DNA from: Adineta vaga
Taxonomy: Eukaryota > Animalia > Rotifera
Assembly (NCBI GenBank): GCA_021613535.1
Contig: CP075493.1
Location: 8,742,001-8,806,000 of the forward strand
Direction: 5' to 3'
Length of the DNA stretch: 64,000 nucleotides
Numbering within the stretch: position 1 is the first letter of the stretch; each line of letters opens with the position of its first letter. The notes below the pieces were generated by a model. That model was not told where the DNA came from. It made no database searches and was given only the letters and a program-made list of their open reading frames with translations. A program made the position numbers and the translations under genes. Positions 42,450 to 56,693 of the stretch are shown here, one piece after another.

Positions 42450-44640
42450 GCTGATGGACCCTATCTACATATGCATACATATACTTAGAGTAAAAAAGAG
42501 AATAGAAAAGAATTGCTTGTCGAATTCTTATTCTTCTTCACGCTAATGCTAGGCGTCGAGAGAGAAAGACGTAATCTTGTCTAGGCATACAACACGAGAC
42601 CACTTGACCAACTGAACCTTTTCTTTCTTTCTTTTCTTTCTTTCTTTCGTTGGGTTGAGCTAGACAGACTCATAATCGCTAATTCAATTTGCTGCTGTAG
42701 TTGACGCGGTCAGAGAGACGCGTCATCATCATCTCCGGTTCTTTTTTTTCCTTCTCTCACATACATTCAACGCCCATGGACATTGACCATCTGCCATAGC
42801 ACGTAACTCATCGTCTTCAAATAAAGCACAAGAGAAATTGTTCTTTGTCTTATTCTTACGTCGTTGTATTTGACCGGACCTTGCCCCTTCCGTTTATGTA
42901 TGTCTAACTGTCTGTCTGAATCAAACCTATATGAGAGCGGTCACGATTTGATATCATGTTCTCATAAGTGTCTATGTATATGTCTTTGTTACGAAGGGAG
43001 TGATTTGTTCACACGATGACGCTGTCGCGTCCAGTAATGTAACCTTTTATCATGTTTGTATATATCACGGACTTGCTTTACATGAACACTTTTTTACTAG
43101 ATAGACAGACAAAAAGAGATTACGTTCATCGATCGGTTAAATGTTATCACATATACGACGTGCACAAGACTTCTAACATATGCTTTCTACGTTTGTACTC
43201 GTTCTCTCATTCTCATCAAGTTAACAATACGCAAATTCAAGCAGACAGACAAACGTATAGACAGAGAAACAAAAGTGACCAATGTGTTGATTGACCAGTT
43301 GGATTTTGCTCTTCACAATAGTACAAGACGATGGATAATCTTGATTACGCCATGAAGAAGAAGAAGAAGAAGAAGATGATGATGATGATGAGATAATCTA
43401 ATACGATAGATCTCGTTAAAACATGTCTGGATGTGTGTATATGTCAAATCATCAAATGATAAGAATTCAATCAGAACAAGCAAAGCGATGAAAACTGAAA
43501 GAAAAGAACTCAAGATATCTCTTTTCTTTTCTTTTCTCCTGAAAAAGAATCATTTCATTTTACTACTAGTTACAAATATCCTAGAAATTAGACAATTCTG
43601 AGTTTTGAATCAGTAAAGACATTTGAAGATTTCATGATTGTACATCAACTTTTGTCTCGAAAAGGAGAAGAAAATAGTCCGTACAACAATAAATACCATT
43701 ATTGAATCATGCTAATACCGTCTTATCGATAATTCTTTTTCATCTTTCAATAAACAATCGAGAGAAAGACACTATCCAGTCAATTGTATAACTGAAAAAT
43801 TTCCAAGTACAACATATCGAAATGGATGATACTAAATGAACAGATGTGTCGCACATGTCATTGAGTAGACAGTCGTTATTTTCCTGAGTGACTGACCATT
43901 GATGAAGAATGTATATTAGTGGAATCGTTCTTCTCCTGTCGTCTGAAGTTAGTAATACTAGACAGACAAATAAAAAGAAAAGTGTAAGAATTTAGTAATG
44001 ATAATAATAGCAGCTATCATCTTTATCTCGTCGTACTCAATTGCTTTTCTACATACTGACGTCTCAAGAGTAAAGCATTAGCACATTGAAATCATACAGA
44101 AAATTTTCTTTTTGAAACATGTCATCCTACTGTATACATTCAGCAGATACTCTTCTTAGACGAACACAGTATTTTTCAGTCCTAACTAATCATTTGAATG
44201 TATTCAGTAACAAAATTCATACACTCATAATTATTGTGCTAAAAGATCGATAAGTTGATACAAACTTTACCAGATGATTACATATGACGCATACGAGCTC
44301 TTACAAGATTGATCTACCGAAAACTTTCCACTTGTATAAACTGATGAACTTAAATAACTTACAATATTATTTTTAATATTTTGGTTCTTTCCAAGGTAGA
44401 GAATCTTGTTATGTTTTTTTCTTTAATCATTGTCAATTTGATCAAAATAATGATTCACCTTCGTATATATGACGTCACCCTGTATCTATCCTTATTTTGC
44501 TTTCTGTTAGATATGGTTCGGTAATTATCTTTTGACATAATCAAAAAAAAACTGTGCAATGTGCATTAATTGCTTCATTACACAAAGTCATATCATATCG
44601 TCAGCAGCTACATTGGTAAATTATCCTTTTACGTTTAAAA

Positions 44641-46390
44641 ATGGATCGTATTCGTTGGAGTGAGAAAATCATTCCATTTCGAACTCTTGTAGACAATCCA
44701 AATATACACAAACCTGCGCTTGGTAAATGATATTTTTTTCTTTATGCATATCAAAGTTTAATAATTGTTTTTCTTATTTTTCAAAGTACAAGCTGGTAGT
44801 AAAGCAATTGTGGTTGGTGAGAAGATCAATGGGGAATTTATTCTTGCATCACCTTGTAAAGTATCTGGTGATCGTTTTGATGTTATGGAACAAGAAATTG
44901 TTCTTTCAAGCAAACATACTGGTTTGATTTCAAATTAAAATAAAAAGAAACTGAAATGATTGATTCGATAGATTTCAGGTGTATGGAGAGTAATATCAAA
45001 AGCAACATCAAAGAAAGAAGGTCATATTCATCGTTTAACGACAACAGACCTTGAAAGAATTCATCAACAAGATGTTATTAATGAACGTGCTACTCCTCGT
45101 TCGTACATATGTATACGAGATATTGAAGCATTTGAATTAATTATTCGAAGTGATGGTAAAACATTCATTCGTTTGATTAATACCTTTTTGCTCGATTTTG
45201 TTTCGAATAGATCCTGCGATATTTAATGGAAATCGTGTTGAACGACGTATGAAACATATCGAAGAGAATACTGAATTTGAAATTGATGATTCTAGTGAAG
45301 TAGAATATACACCATCGGAAGGTGAACGAACATCGCACGATTATGTTTTAGCACCAAAAAAGAAACAACCAACATTTTTGCAATTGATTTTACCAGGCGT
45401 TATTGAGGAAGAAGAATTAATACGAAATCGTGTTGTTCGAGCACTTTATTGTACATCAAAAAGTGGTGTACGAAAGCGTCATTTTCTTCTTGAAGTTAAT
45501 GAACAACCATGTGAAATTCGTCCAATTGCTTCGGAAGGTTCCACTGAATTGCGCTATTTACATTCGACACAAAATCTCTACGATTATATGTTAACTTATG
45601 GCAATGACACAATTCTCTATGTCAAATTACTTCGAGGTAAAAATGAAACATTCTTCAAATTACATGATGTTATTCTCACTTCCTCTTTCTAGGTGATCCA
45701 CCGATAAAAGCCATTGAATTCGATGGTTATATGGTTTTGAAAAGCACATTAAATGGTGATAAAGTTCCGATATGTCGTGTTGAAGATCTCGAAGTTACAT
45801 TAATTAGTCCCGATTTTCCCTTGAGAGTTCGTTTACCGACTAGAAATGAACATTCTTGGCATTCATTATCTGAAGTTCGTGCAGCTGAAGTTCAATGTAT
45901 GCAATTAGCACTTGCTTTACTTGCTCGACATGAATCTGAAATGTACGTCTCTATTGATGCCAAACAAAATAAAACAAATCATTCACAATCAACGTACAAT
46001 CAAGAACAACGATCACATCGTTCTCGACAATCAACTGATATACGAAAACGACATGTCGAAGAATGTGAAAAAGTATTTGGAGTTCATAGTAATCAAATGA
46101 GTACAAAATCTCGAACGACAAGTGATAATAATTCTGATTCATCATCATTAATCGGTGCACAAATGAAAACTTTAACACTTTCAAAAAGAAATTCTCATAC
46201 ACATCATGAATCTTCAAGTCGATCAAGACCACATTCATCTCATCCTACATCTGATAGACTTTATCGAACATTTGAAAATCGACCAACCGATCAAGAACAA
46301 ATCGACGAAACTGATTCGTATAATCAGTCACATCGGCCAACTGTCAGACATTCTTCAAATAATCCAAAAACAAAAATAAATAGGAGTTAA
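44641..46390 (+). CDS. Putative CABIT-domain protein (GAREM/serrano-like), 5 exons
   Basis: MDRIRWSEKIIPFRTLV, EIVLSSKHTGVWRVI, PRSYICIRDI and LYVKLLRGDPP...FDGYMVL...PICR resemble CABIT repeat patterns; Ser/His-rich tail. Confidence 0.55.
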
Positions 46391-46922
46391 AATTTTAAAA
46401 AAATCCAAAAGAATAAATATTCCTCAATTCTTTCTTTTCTTCTTCTTCTTCTTCTTCTCACTGCAATTACCTACGTCAGTTTGTTGTTATTTGAACACAA
46501 TAACACATGCTAATAATAGCTTACAAAAAATGTTTGACAAAGGAAAAAAAATGTTTGTGCAAACAGTTTGTTGTAGACAAGTCATGTATGATGTGAAAGA
46601 AAATAGTTGAAAGAAAAGAGGTTTAATTCAATATTTTATGTATTTCTATCAATACACAATACTATTGAGATTCATTTCTTCCTCTTCTTTATTAGAAAAA
46701 AAACTGAAATATTTTTTTTTCGTAGAAATCAATTCAACATGTAATCTCGCTTTTATTTCCAACAACAAAAATATTGTTATAGTCGATTTATGACTTTTTT
46801 TTCTTCTCTTTTTCTACTCTCTTTCTTTACTTTCGACCACGCGTAGATAAGAATTGTAAGTGTTGTGCGATGCATTGATATTCACATCATTTTCGCTAAA
46901 AGTCATTTGAACTAACATCAAC

Positions 46923-48997
46923 ATGTCTCATATTGCTGCAAGAGATCCTTGGCGGTAAATCGAATCATTTGACAATTTTATTAATAAGAAAAATGAATCA
47001 TTTGTTTTTAGAATTGATTCAGAAAGTGACGACGAACAACCTAGTCGATTCAGTATACCTGTTACATCAAGACAAATAGCGCCAAGAGTACATATCTGTT
47101 TTAATATCTGCTCAAAAGGATCTTTAACTTTGTAGGTTACACTAGATTCACTTCCACCGAAAACACCTGATTGGGATTCTTCATCCAATACGCGAGGCGT
47201 AAATGGTATGATATTCAAAATTGATTTTGTTTTTATCTCTCACATAAAATACAATTCATCATAAAATTTAGAAAAACAATCTTCGAACCGAAAACTTGCA
47301 TCACCCAATGGAAATCAACGTGTAGAATTAGCTAGTCGAATATCATCATCTTCATCCTCTTCATCATCGATTAAATTAAATAAAACACATGAATCCATTG
47401 TACGATCATCACCAACACCTGAATCTCCTGTGGTATATATTTCTTGAATGTTTTATTCTTCTTTTTTTTCTCAAAATCATAATACTACCTAGAAAGCGCC
47501 GGCTGCAACGAACACATCAAACTTCGATCCTATGGCATTGATTCAAAGTGATTTAACGAAATTTATCAATACTTATATTCCCAAGGATTATCCATCATTT
47601 ATACAATGTACACTTCGACGTGATAAAGATGGTGTACAAGGTGGTTTTTTTCCAACATTTTATCTTCAAGCTGAACGTCCGAGTGATGGTAAAAAGGTAT
47701 GATGTATCTAGGAAAATTGAATCACTAATTATTCTTTGTTTTTCTCTAGTGTTTTTTGTTAGCTGCACGAAAAGTTGCAAAAGTCAAACGACAATCAGAA
47801 TATTTGATTACAACGAATGTTGCAACACTATCAGAAAAATCTGGTGGAGATGATTATGTAGGAAAATTACGAGGAAACAATGTTAGTGGTACTGAATATA
47901 CATTATATGATCATGGTTTAAGTCCGAATAAAGCTCCAAATCTTAGACAAATGAATAATTACGAAGGATTAAGACGAGAATTAGCAGGAATTGTGTATGT
48001 AAGTATCTGTATGTCTAATTGATGATGATCAAATTTCAAAACTGTATGTCATGACAGGAAGTTTAAATTTCCAAATAGAAATTAATGCAATACAGAGATA
48101 TGACATTAGTATTTGCAAAGAAAATAATGAATGACGTCGGAGATAAAAAAAAATAATCGACATAAAAAGAAATAAATGCCTTGAATTTTTTGATGATTCG
48201 AGCAGATTTACTAAATTAAATATTTCGAAAAGATTAAAAATCATAACTTCCTATCTACTTAGCATATCATGAAATGCTGACTCGTCATATTCTCCTTTAT
48301 CTAAACAGATAAAATAAAGTATGATTCATTGACTATTATAATTTTGATAATGAAAATATGGAATATTGAGAAGAAAAAACCCAGTGTTTTCATTGCATCT
48401 TATATCGTTTCTATTCAATCTATCTTAGAATACAAATATTCTTGGTTTCAAAGGTCCAAGACAAATGAGTATTATGATTCCACAAATTGGTCATGATATT
48501 CGACCAAATAAGGTAACAAATCGGTTTTATTTCTAATTTTTTTCTAATCGAATTGAAGTCATTAAGAATGAACACGGTATCATTGATCAATGGCGAGATA
48601 GACGTTTTCGTTATTTAATGCAATTAAGAAACAAATCACCAACATATAATGAAGGTGAGAATGAGTTTTATATTATTAGAATTTTTCATTTCTTTTTCTT
48701 CTCTGAATTAGAAACCAAAACATTTGTCCTTCGATTTACTGGAAATCGTGTCGCACAACCTTCAGTGAAAAATTTTCAAATTGTACTCGAAGAAGAAAAT
48801 CGTACGTATTGACTTATTTATTGATTCAATTCTATTCTATATATTTACTGAATGATTTAGATGAAGAAGAAATTGTGATGCAATTTGGTCGAGTAGATGA
48901 AGATACATTTACATGTGATTATCGTCATCCACTATCAGCTATTCAAGCATTTGGTATTGCTCTTAGTTCATTTGATAGTCGATTGGCGAGAGAATAA
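46923..48997 (+). CDS. Tubby-like protein (multi-exon)
   Basis: [109 protein letters not shown]. Confidence 0.95.
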
Positions 48998-49663
48998 TTG
49001 TATTTGAAACGAACAAATCGAACTATTCTTTCAATTCGTGCTTTGAATGTTCTGATTAATGTATTGCAAATGTGTTCATGTTCTTGTTAAAAATGATTAT
49101 CAGAAATAAAAAAATTTACAAATATTTATTTTGATTGAACTGAGTCATTTTTTGTTCAACGTTCAATCTGTTCGTCGTTCAGACAACATGTTTTTGCATT
49201 AACTAACACAGAGCTCCCTCTTTCGTGAATAAAACTCATTTTCTCCAATGAGATAGAAGAATAATCAAATCTCTCTATTCTATATATAAACATACATACA
49301 CCATCGATGAATGTCTCGTTCGCTCTCTACTTGTCCGGCCGTTTTGTTTTGTTTATTGTTTAAATCACATCTTTGTTTATGTTGATCTCTAAAGATTTTA
49401 TTAGTATTACATCATATATCAATACTTGTACTTGTTTTCATAGATCTTTCTCTCCCTCATCGATACATATCTTGACATCTATCATATTGAACTCTATAAT
49501 TAACACATCATACATCACTAGACATCGCTATTCTATGAATATTTAGGTAGACGACAACAAAGAGAAAAAAAAAGAAATTAAAATCGATCGTTTCTTCGTT
49601 TTTTAAAATCATATGAACATTGATTTGAATTGAAAGTTTAACCTTTGTACAGACATATTCTAG

Positions 49664-51561
49664 ATGGCCGCTGTTAATGTTTACCATACAAGTGTTACAA
49701 CAGATAATCTTAGTCGTAATGATATTTTACAATGGATAAATACAGCATTGGAAGCAAATTTTATCAAAGTTGAAGATCTTTGTTCCGGTAAGTTTTTCAA
49801 ATTTGCTCAGACAAAAATATTGTAAAGTTCTTGTTTAGGTTCGGCTTATTGTCAGTTTATGGAAATGATGTTTCCAGGTAAATTCATTTTTAGTATTAAT
49901 ACTTCTCTAGTTTTTACTAACAATTAGTTAACATATGAAATTTCTAGGCGCTATAGGTTCACGATCCAAACGGGTGAAATGGAATACCAAACTCGAGCAT
50001 GAATATATTAATAATTTTAAAGTTCTTCAAGAATATTTCAAAGCACTTACTGTAGATAAGGTAGTATTTACTAAAAACATATAATTAATCTCTTATTGGT
50101 GATGGTCATTTGTATATAAAGAACACGAAGAAAAAAATGCCATAGAAATCAATTCGAATGATTTTCTTGTTTCTAGGAACCATTCCAATAAAACGAGTGA
50201 AATTTAATGCGAAATTAGAACATGAAAATATACAAAATTTTAAAATTCTACAAAATTCTTTTCGAGCTGTACAAGTTGATAAGGTGTGCCAATGAAATAT
50301 CCATCAAGAGATTATTTATCTGTTTTTAGATTTATTTTCTTTTTTTTGTAATTTGATTTTAAGAACTAATTTGAATATTATATTTTGAAATAGATTGTAC
50401 CTGTGGAGAAATTGGTGAAAGGAAAATTTCAAGATAATTTTGAATTTGTTCAATGGTTCAAGAAATTTTTCGATGCTAACTATACAGCTGCACATGATTA
50501 TGACCCTGTTGCTGCTCGTGATGGACAGTAAGACAAATTTACAAGTTTATTTTCACAGGAAAATAAGAAAAGAATTGTAACTTTCTTTTTAGACCTTTAG
50601 GTAGTGGTGGCAAAGCTTCAGCTGCTACTTCAGGCATTCGTGCACCACCTGCTCCTCGGCCAGCACCACCAACACGAGCTGCTCCAGCACCAACAAGAGC
50701 GCCGCCTGCTAGTAAGTTTATCAGATAGATTTGTTTAGTTTTTGTGAAGAGAAATAAAACTGAATTGAGTAATAAATCATACATTGTACGAATCATTAGA
50801 TAAGTTGAAACAAAACTCTATTTTAGCAAAACCAATGCAACAACATCAACAAAAAATCTCACCATCTGTTCATCGTCCTGTAGGAAGTAGTGGACATCAT
50901 GTTGATTCTCATCACGGATCACATAGTCATGATAATCTTCGATTACAACAAGAAGTATGTAGATTAAATCAAGAAAATATTTATACATTTTATCTTTTGT
51001 TTAGATCGAAAGTTTACAAGATATTATTCAACAACATGGTGCACAAATAGCTGGTCTTGAAAAAGAACGAGATTTCTATTATCAAAAATTACGTGATGTT
51101 GAAGTTATTTGTCAAGAACCAGAATGTGAATCGTTACCACATACACAAAAAATTTTGGAAATACTCTATGCAACTGAAGTATGTAAAAACTATTAAATCA
51201 AAAATATTCTTTGTCGATCTTAAACGAGTGATATCTGTATTTCTTTTTTTCAAAAAGGAAGGATTTCATCTACCTGATGATAATAATCATGATGATAATG
51301 AACAAGTACAAGATATTTAAGGCATGAGAAATGTATAAATTCATATTTTTGTGTGTCACGTGTTTCGCTTCTCTGTGTGTCGATATATTTCCTTGGAATA
51401 CTATAAATTAATTGTGATATTCTTTTTTATAGGATGGTTTCGCGCAACCTGATCAAGAGAACGGTAATGGTGAACTAGACGATGCAAATGGTTTAACTGT
51501 TAGTAGTAATGGTAATGGTAATGGCTCTGCTCTTGTCGGTGGCGAAGAAGATACATATTAA
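49664..51561 (+). CDS. MAPRE1: Microtubule end-binding protein EB1 (RP/EB family) with alternative exons
   Basis: [101 protein letters not shown]; tail EEDTY*. Confidence 0.97.
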
Positions 51562-52383
51562 CAAACAATGACAATTTTCTAATACTCTTTTTCTTCTGTC
51601 TTATTCTTCTTGATGATCAACGCTCATATTCGTTCTTATCTGGTGTAATTACACTAAGTTTCTCTCTTTTTTTCCTATGAATAAATATGTGTATTATCTT
51701 TATGAGATGCTTTTTATCTTCATGTATGTGTGTATATCTGTCTATCTGTATGCAACTCAAAACAAAAGAAATATGTTTATTAAATTTCAACGATTGATAA
51801 TCGTAAGAGATGATCACGTTTTTGAAAATGAAGTATAAGATCTTCAATATATATTATTGACGATGTAAAGTTTCTACTCATTTACTTGTACAGATTCGAG
51901 AACGAAGATGAAATATATAGTTTTAGTGAAATGACAACAAAAAAGATTACTTTGATCATTTGTTATAAGACATCAATCCTCGAAAATGTTACTGCCGATC
52001 ATTATCGTCGCGAATGGTTTGTGAACTAATTGATACGATGTCTGTTGTGTTGTAATCATATTAGTAAATTGTATATTCATTATAAAGATCAGACAATTTC
52101 TATTACTAATGATACGATGATATCTTCTCATTATTCATAGTCAAGGACATTCTATGTTCTTGATTTTTAGTTCATATAAACATTCTAATTACTGTTTGTA
52201 TATATTGAACAAGTGACAAATCTTCAAATGAAGTACATGTCAAGATGATTCAATATCATTATCATAACAAACATAGTATTACTTTCATCTTGAAAGAATA
52301 TAAAAACTTTTATTCATGAACAAAATGATTTACATTTCATTTAATAACAGAGAAAAGACAGAAAAAGGTTTTTTTACAATTGC

Positions 52384-53620
52384 TCATGAAATTGAGGTAG
52401 GAATTCGTGGCATAGTATATCGAATTGGCCGATAATTAAATCGTTTTGTACTTCCGATTTCATTGGATGGTGTTCCTGATCGTATACCATTCCATTTCCA
52501 AGCTAAACCAAATCGACTACTTAAACTTGTTCGATCACTCCAACACGCACTACTTTTTCGACTATGTGTAACGGAAAGATTATCATCTATAAATGGGATA
52601 GGTTCATCATCATTTATATGATGTTTTATCGCTGTTTCGATAGCACTATTAAAATAAGATATACGAGATGATGAATAGAGATAATGAGATGTTTGAGGTA
52701 AATTAGCTGTAAGAGTCGTATTGGATGTTTGAGATAATTCGGTTTCATTAACAGATGAGGAAGAATTAGTTTCATATTCTTCTTTGGCTAATCGAATTGG
52801 AGATGAAATAAATAATCTATAGGAAAGTAAAAGTATTATTAGTAAAGAATTGAATTAATCCATTTTAGTTTTTCCATACCGTTTTTTATCTGATCGTGAT
52901 TGAGATGTAGATTTATCTGTGCGAATCGTTTCATCCATGGTATTTGTTTTAACCGTTCGTTTTGATAAAATTGTTATCAACATAAGTATGACAACTACAA
53001 GAACAAGTAGAGCAAGAAGACAAACACCATATAGCCAGATTGGATCTAATGATGTTTGTTCGAAAAAAGTCGATGGAAGGTTAATCTAAGAAAGAAATCA
53101 ATGATGTGGACATGTAACTTATTTCTCTTCTGTCTCTCTCAATCTCGCATCACTTATTTATTCAATCATACATGATGTTTAATATCTTGATAAAGTTGTT
53201 GTCGATGACGTTTAAGTGCAAGTAAAAATTGATCGTTAGTTAAAGCAATGTCTTGACGATAAGGATCTTTGATAAATACAGCGACATACAATCGATGGTC
53301 ATCTGACTGTTCTTCATAACTTTGAATGATGACATGGTCTGCTCTATAAAAAGAAAATATAACAAAAATAAAAACAACAAACTATTTATCTTTTCTATAC
53401 CTGACAGCGTCTGTATCATGACTTAAACAACTTTGACGATAAATCGAACAAAATTTTCGTATAATTTTAGCAATACTTTGACGAAGTGTACGATAAATAT
53501 TTTGTTCGAAATCTTCCGTTGATGTATTTTCAACAATTAATGTCACACTACCACGGACAGCATATGGCCATAAATGATGATGTATATGTGTGCTGTTCAT
53601 TGATGGTGTTAGACAGACTA
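52384..53620 (-). CDS. Uncharacterised single-pass membrane protein (4 exons seen; start uncertain)
   Basis: Four exons splice in frame; TM segment IWLYGVCLLALLVLVVVILMLITIL is followed by SKR and a Ser-rich cytoplasmic tail; stop at 52384-52386. Confidence 0.65.
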
Positions 53621-54357
53621 TAAAAACCAGTTGATGCAAAAATGATAGTAATTCCAGTTGACCGATTCTTTCTACGTTTTCTTTTATTCTCGCACACAAT
53701 AAATGAAAAGGCAATGACGGTCGAACGGTAACAATAAAAAAAAACAGTTCAATGGACAAAGTATGATTGTCCTTTGTATAGAGGTGTGTGGTTATATGTA
53801 CGCGAGGAAAAGATACTAAAGGCTATTATTCCATGAGAAAGAGTATATGAATGATCTTAATGACTAGTTACATCATCGAATTTTTTCTTTCAACTCATTG
53901 TATGTAAATACTTCATTTGTTTTAAAAGAAAGCAGTACTCATATACGGTTCATTGCAAGTTTGACTGTTTTTTATTAATGCACACCTTTGTCTATCTTAT
54001 TGCTATTATTCGACACCAAACATCGATCTATGAAAGAACAAAAAGAAAATTAATTAAAAAGCATTCAACTTCTTTTTCTATTCCTTACTTTAGACTATTG
54101 AAATTTTACATATACAATAGGCAAAAAAAATGATTTCTATTGTTTGATTGACCACAATTGTAATTCTGTATTGACCCTTGGACTTTTAATCAAATGACAT
54201 CAAATCGACAATACTCTTGTACTTCTATTGCTGTTGCTATTGATAAATTCAATAAAGAAAAAAAACGAACTGCTTACTCCTATTGTCTGAAAAATGAACA
54301 GAAGAGAAACTAGTAGTAACAATGACTGAAAAATGAACACACGATGTATATGGATGC

Positions 54358-54544
54358 ATGTATGTGTATGTGTATGTGTATGTGTGTGTTGAATGTTCAT
54401 TAGTCGAGAACATATGAATTAACTACATTAGACATCCATACTTTTTTTCTTTTCTTCTTCACTCTCAAATGTCTCGACACATCTATGTAGACACAAGTAT
54501 ATAATTATCGTTGTTACTCTTCTTGTACAGTTGATGAGAAGAAG

Positions 54545-54571
<27 letters not shown>
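54358..54571. repeat. Microsatellites (ATGTGT)n and (AG)n
   Basis: Visible directly at about 54358-54388 and 54545-54571. Confidence 0.9.
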
Positions 54572-54576
<5 letters not shown>

Positions 54577-54904
54577 AAGAAAAGACATGAAAATAACGAC
54601 ACGTTCCTTTTCAATTAAAGTAACAAGAGCAGCTTCAAGTGGTCGATGACGGATGTGTACACGAAAGAGAGAAAGTGAAGCTCTTTCTTTTATTCTAATA
54701 CCTGTAATCATGATGTATTGTGTTAATACACGAAATGTCGCCATTAGTGCAACGTGCTCAAACATAAACAAAATCTAAAGAGTGCCGCTTGTATGTATGT
54801 TTAAATGTCTACTTACTTTTCTTTCTTTTTCAATAACACAAAACGAATACGAATAAACTGCACTAAGCAATTGTATACCCGAAAGCCTTTCACAAATAAG
54901 AATA

Positions 54905-55617
54905 ATGAACAATACTGTCATGAAATTACGTTCGGCTCGTTCAGTAGTTGCTGAAAATACATCACCTAAAGAAGTAATATGAGACAAAGTCTTTTTTTAT
55001 ATTTTCAATATTATTATTATTATTTTTTGTTTTCAAAGAATATACAACAAATCCTTACATGCCGACCTTTATCACATCGACGACCGTTACCAACAACGCC
55101 ATTATTAAAACAAGCACAACTGATAGAGAATACAGTTGATGATGAACTTTTAACACATTCTATTCTTGTTAATAATGCAGCACGACGACGTGGATTCCTT
55201 CCATATTATTATCGAACAGCAAATACATTTGAAACTATTCGTCGTCAACGTAGTCATTACAAACCATCAACAAAACCATCACCAACATTTCTTCCATTAT
55301 TTAAACGTTCACCAACACGTTCAAGTATAATTGATAATTCAACAAATACAACAACAGAATTAACAGAATTAAATTTAATTATGCATGATAAATCAATGGG
55401 AAAAAATCTCAGTTTATTATCACTCAATGAAAAACAGGAGAAAGCTTTTCTTGATACAGAATTTATTACAGAAATACCTAATACATTGGAATTAATTTTA
55501 CAAACTTCAGCACGAAAATCAACAATGGAAAAAAATCTATTTGAAACATTGAAACGACAACGTTTAGAACATACACGTTATCGTACTTTACCAGTGAATC
55601 GAGCTCCCTATGCTTAG
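54905..55617 (+). CDS. Uncharacterised basic protein, 2 exons
   Basis: MNNTVMKLRSARSVVAENTSPKE joins by a phase-0 intron to NIQQILTCRPL... through the stop at 55617; no recognised domain. Confidence 0.6.
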
Positions 55618-56693
55618 AATGAGAAAACAACAACAATACTTTTTATTTTTTAATTATTTAAATGACCTTTCTTTTTCACGTTTGATAATAAAAATTTTAT
55701 TTTCTATAAAACTCTATTGAATCTTTAATAACTATAAATGCGTTCGATAATATTTAAAAGACATCCTATTCCGAAAACCTAATTATTAATCACGTGATTG
55801 AAAACTGAATGAAATCTATTCTACAATCGAAAATAATGAAAAAAAGTCTACTCTAATAAAATAGAAAATAATATACTTGATCAAATTGAATCACACAAAT
55901 TTATTTAACCGATTTTTTTCTTAGAGCTTCATTATTATTACTAGACATGTTTTCATCTCATTAAATAGCAACCACATAGTTACCATAATGATATTAGAGT
56001 ATGTAAAGTTACACTCTATACTATCGAAGCCGAGTGCTCAAAATAATATGTGCAGATGATTCTTTTGGAGGTAATTTCCGGATGTACTTTTCCTTGCGTA
56101 ATATTTTTCATTGTTTGTCTCTGTCATAACATAGCAACCTATGTCTGATTTTAATAGAGATCAAATTTCTAGAAAATCACTGTTTCTTTTTGTTAGAATG
56201 TAAAAATATTTAGATAAAATAAGTTATGTACTGAAAAGAGAACGAGATTTCGATTCATAAAATTCATTATAAACAGGGTGGATTCTTTTCTAATAGAAAT
56301 GGCATTTCTTTTTCTCTGTGTTTTTTCTCTCTATTCATCAGCTAGTACAATAACATGATTTTTTTTGTTTTATATTGTGAACTCTTTTCCGACATGTCTT
56401 CTTCTTGTTCTTAAAAGAGAGAAAAAAAAGAAGAAAGAAAAGAATTAAAATTTGTTTTTTTGTTAAATAAAAAAAAGAAGGAGTAATACACTTGATTGTA
56501 TGAGAAGAGGTATTACTGTAACATCAACATCTATAGCGTACTTCAGGACAATACTCATTCGAAAACATACGTGTAAGTCAATTGAAATAAGGTCATTTTT
56601 GAATAGAATACTTGATTCACAGAGAAGTGACAAAGTCAAATATGATAGAAAATCTACTATAGAAATATTAGTACTACAATTTCTAGACTAACC

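Noticed and set aside
39431-43513. Short ORFs in the large non-coding region, including a possible hidden zinc-finger exon
   Set aside because: Low-complexity or microsatellite translations; no CxxC-x13-CxxC pattern seen.
55965-56140. RFX X-box half sites upstream of CCDC17
   Set aside because: Only half sites (TAGCAAC, GTTACC); no complete palindrome.
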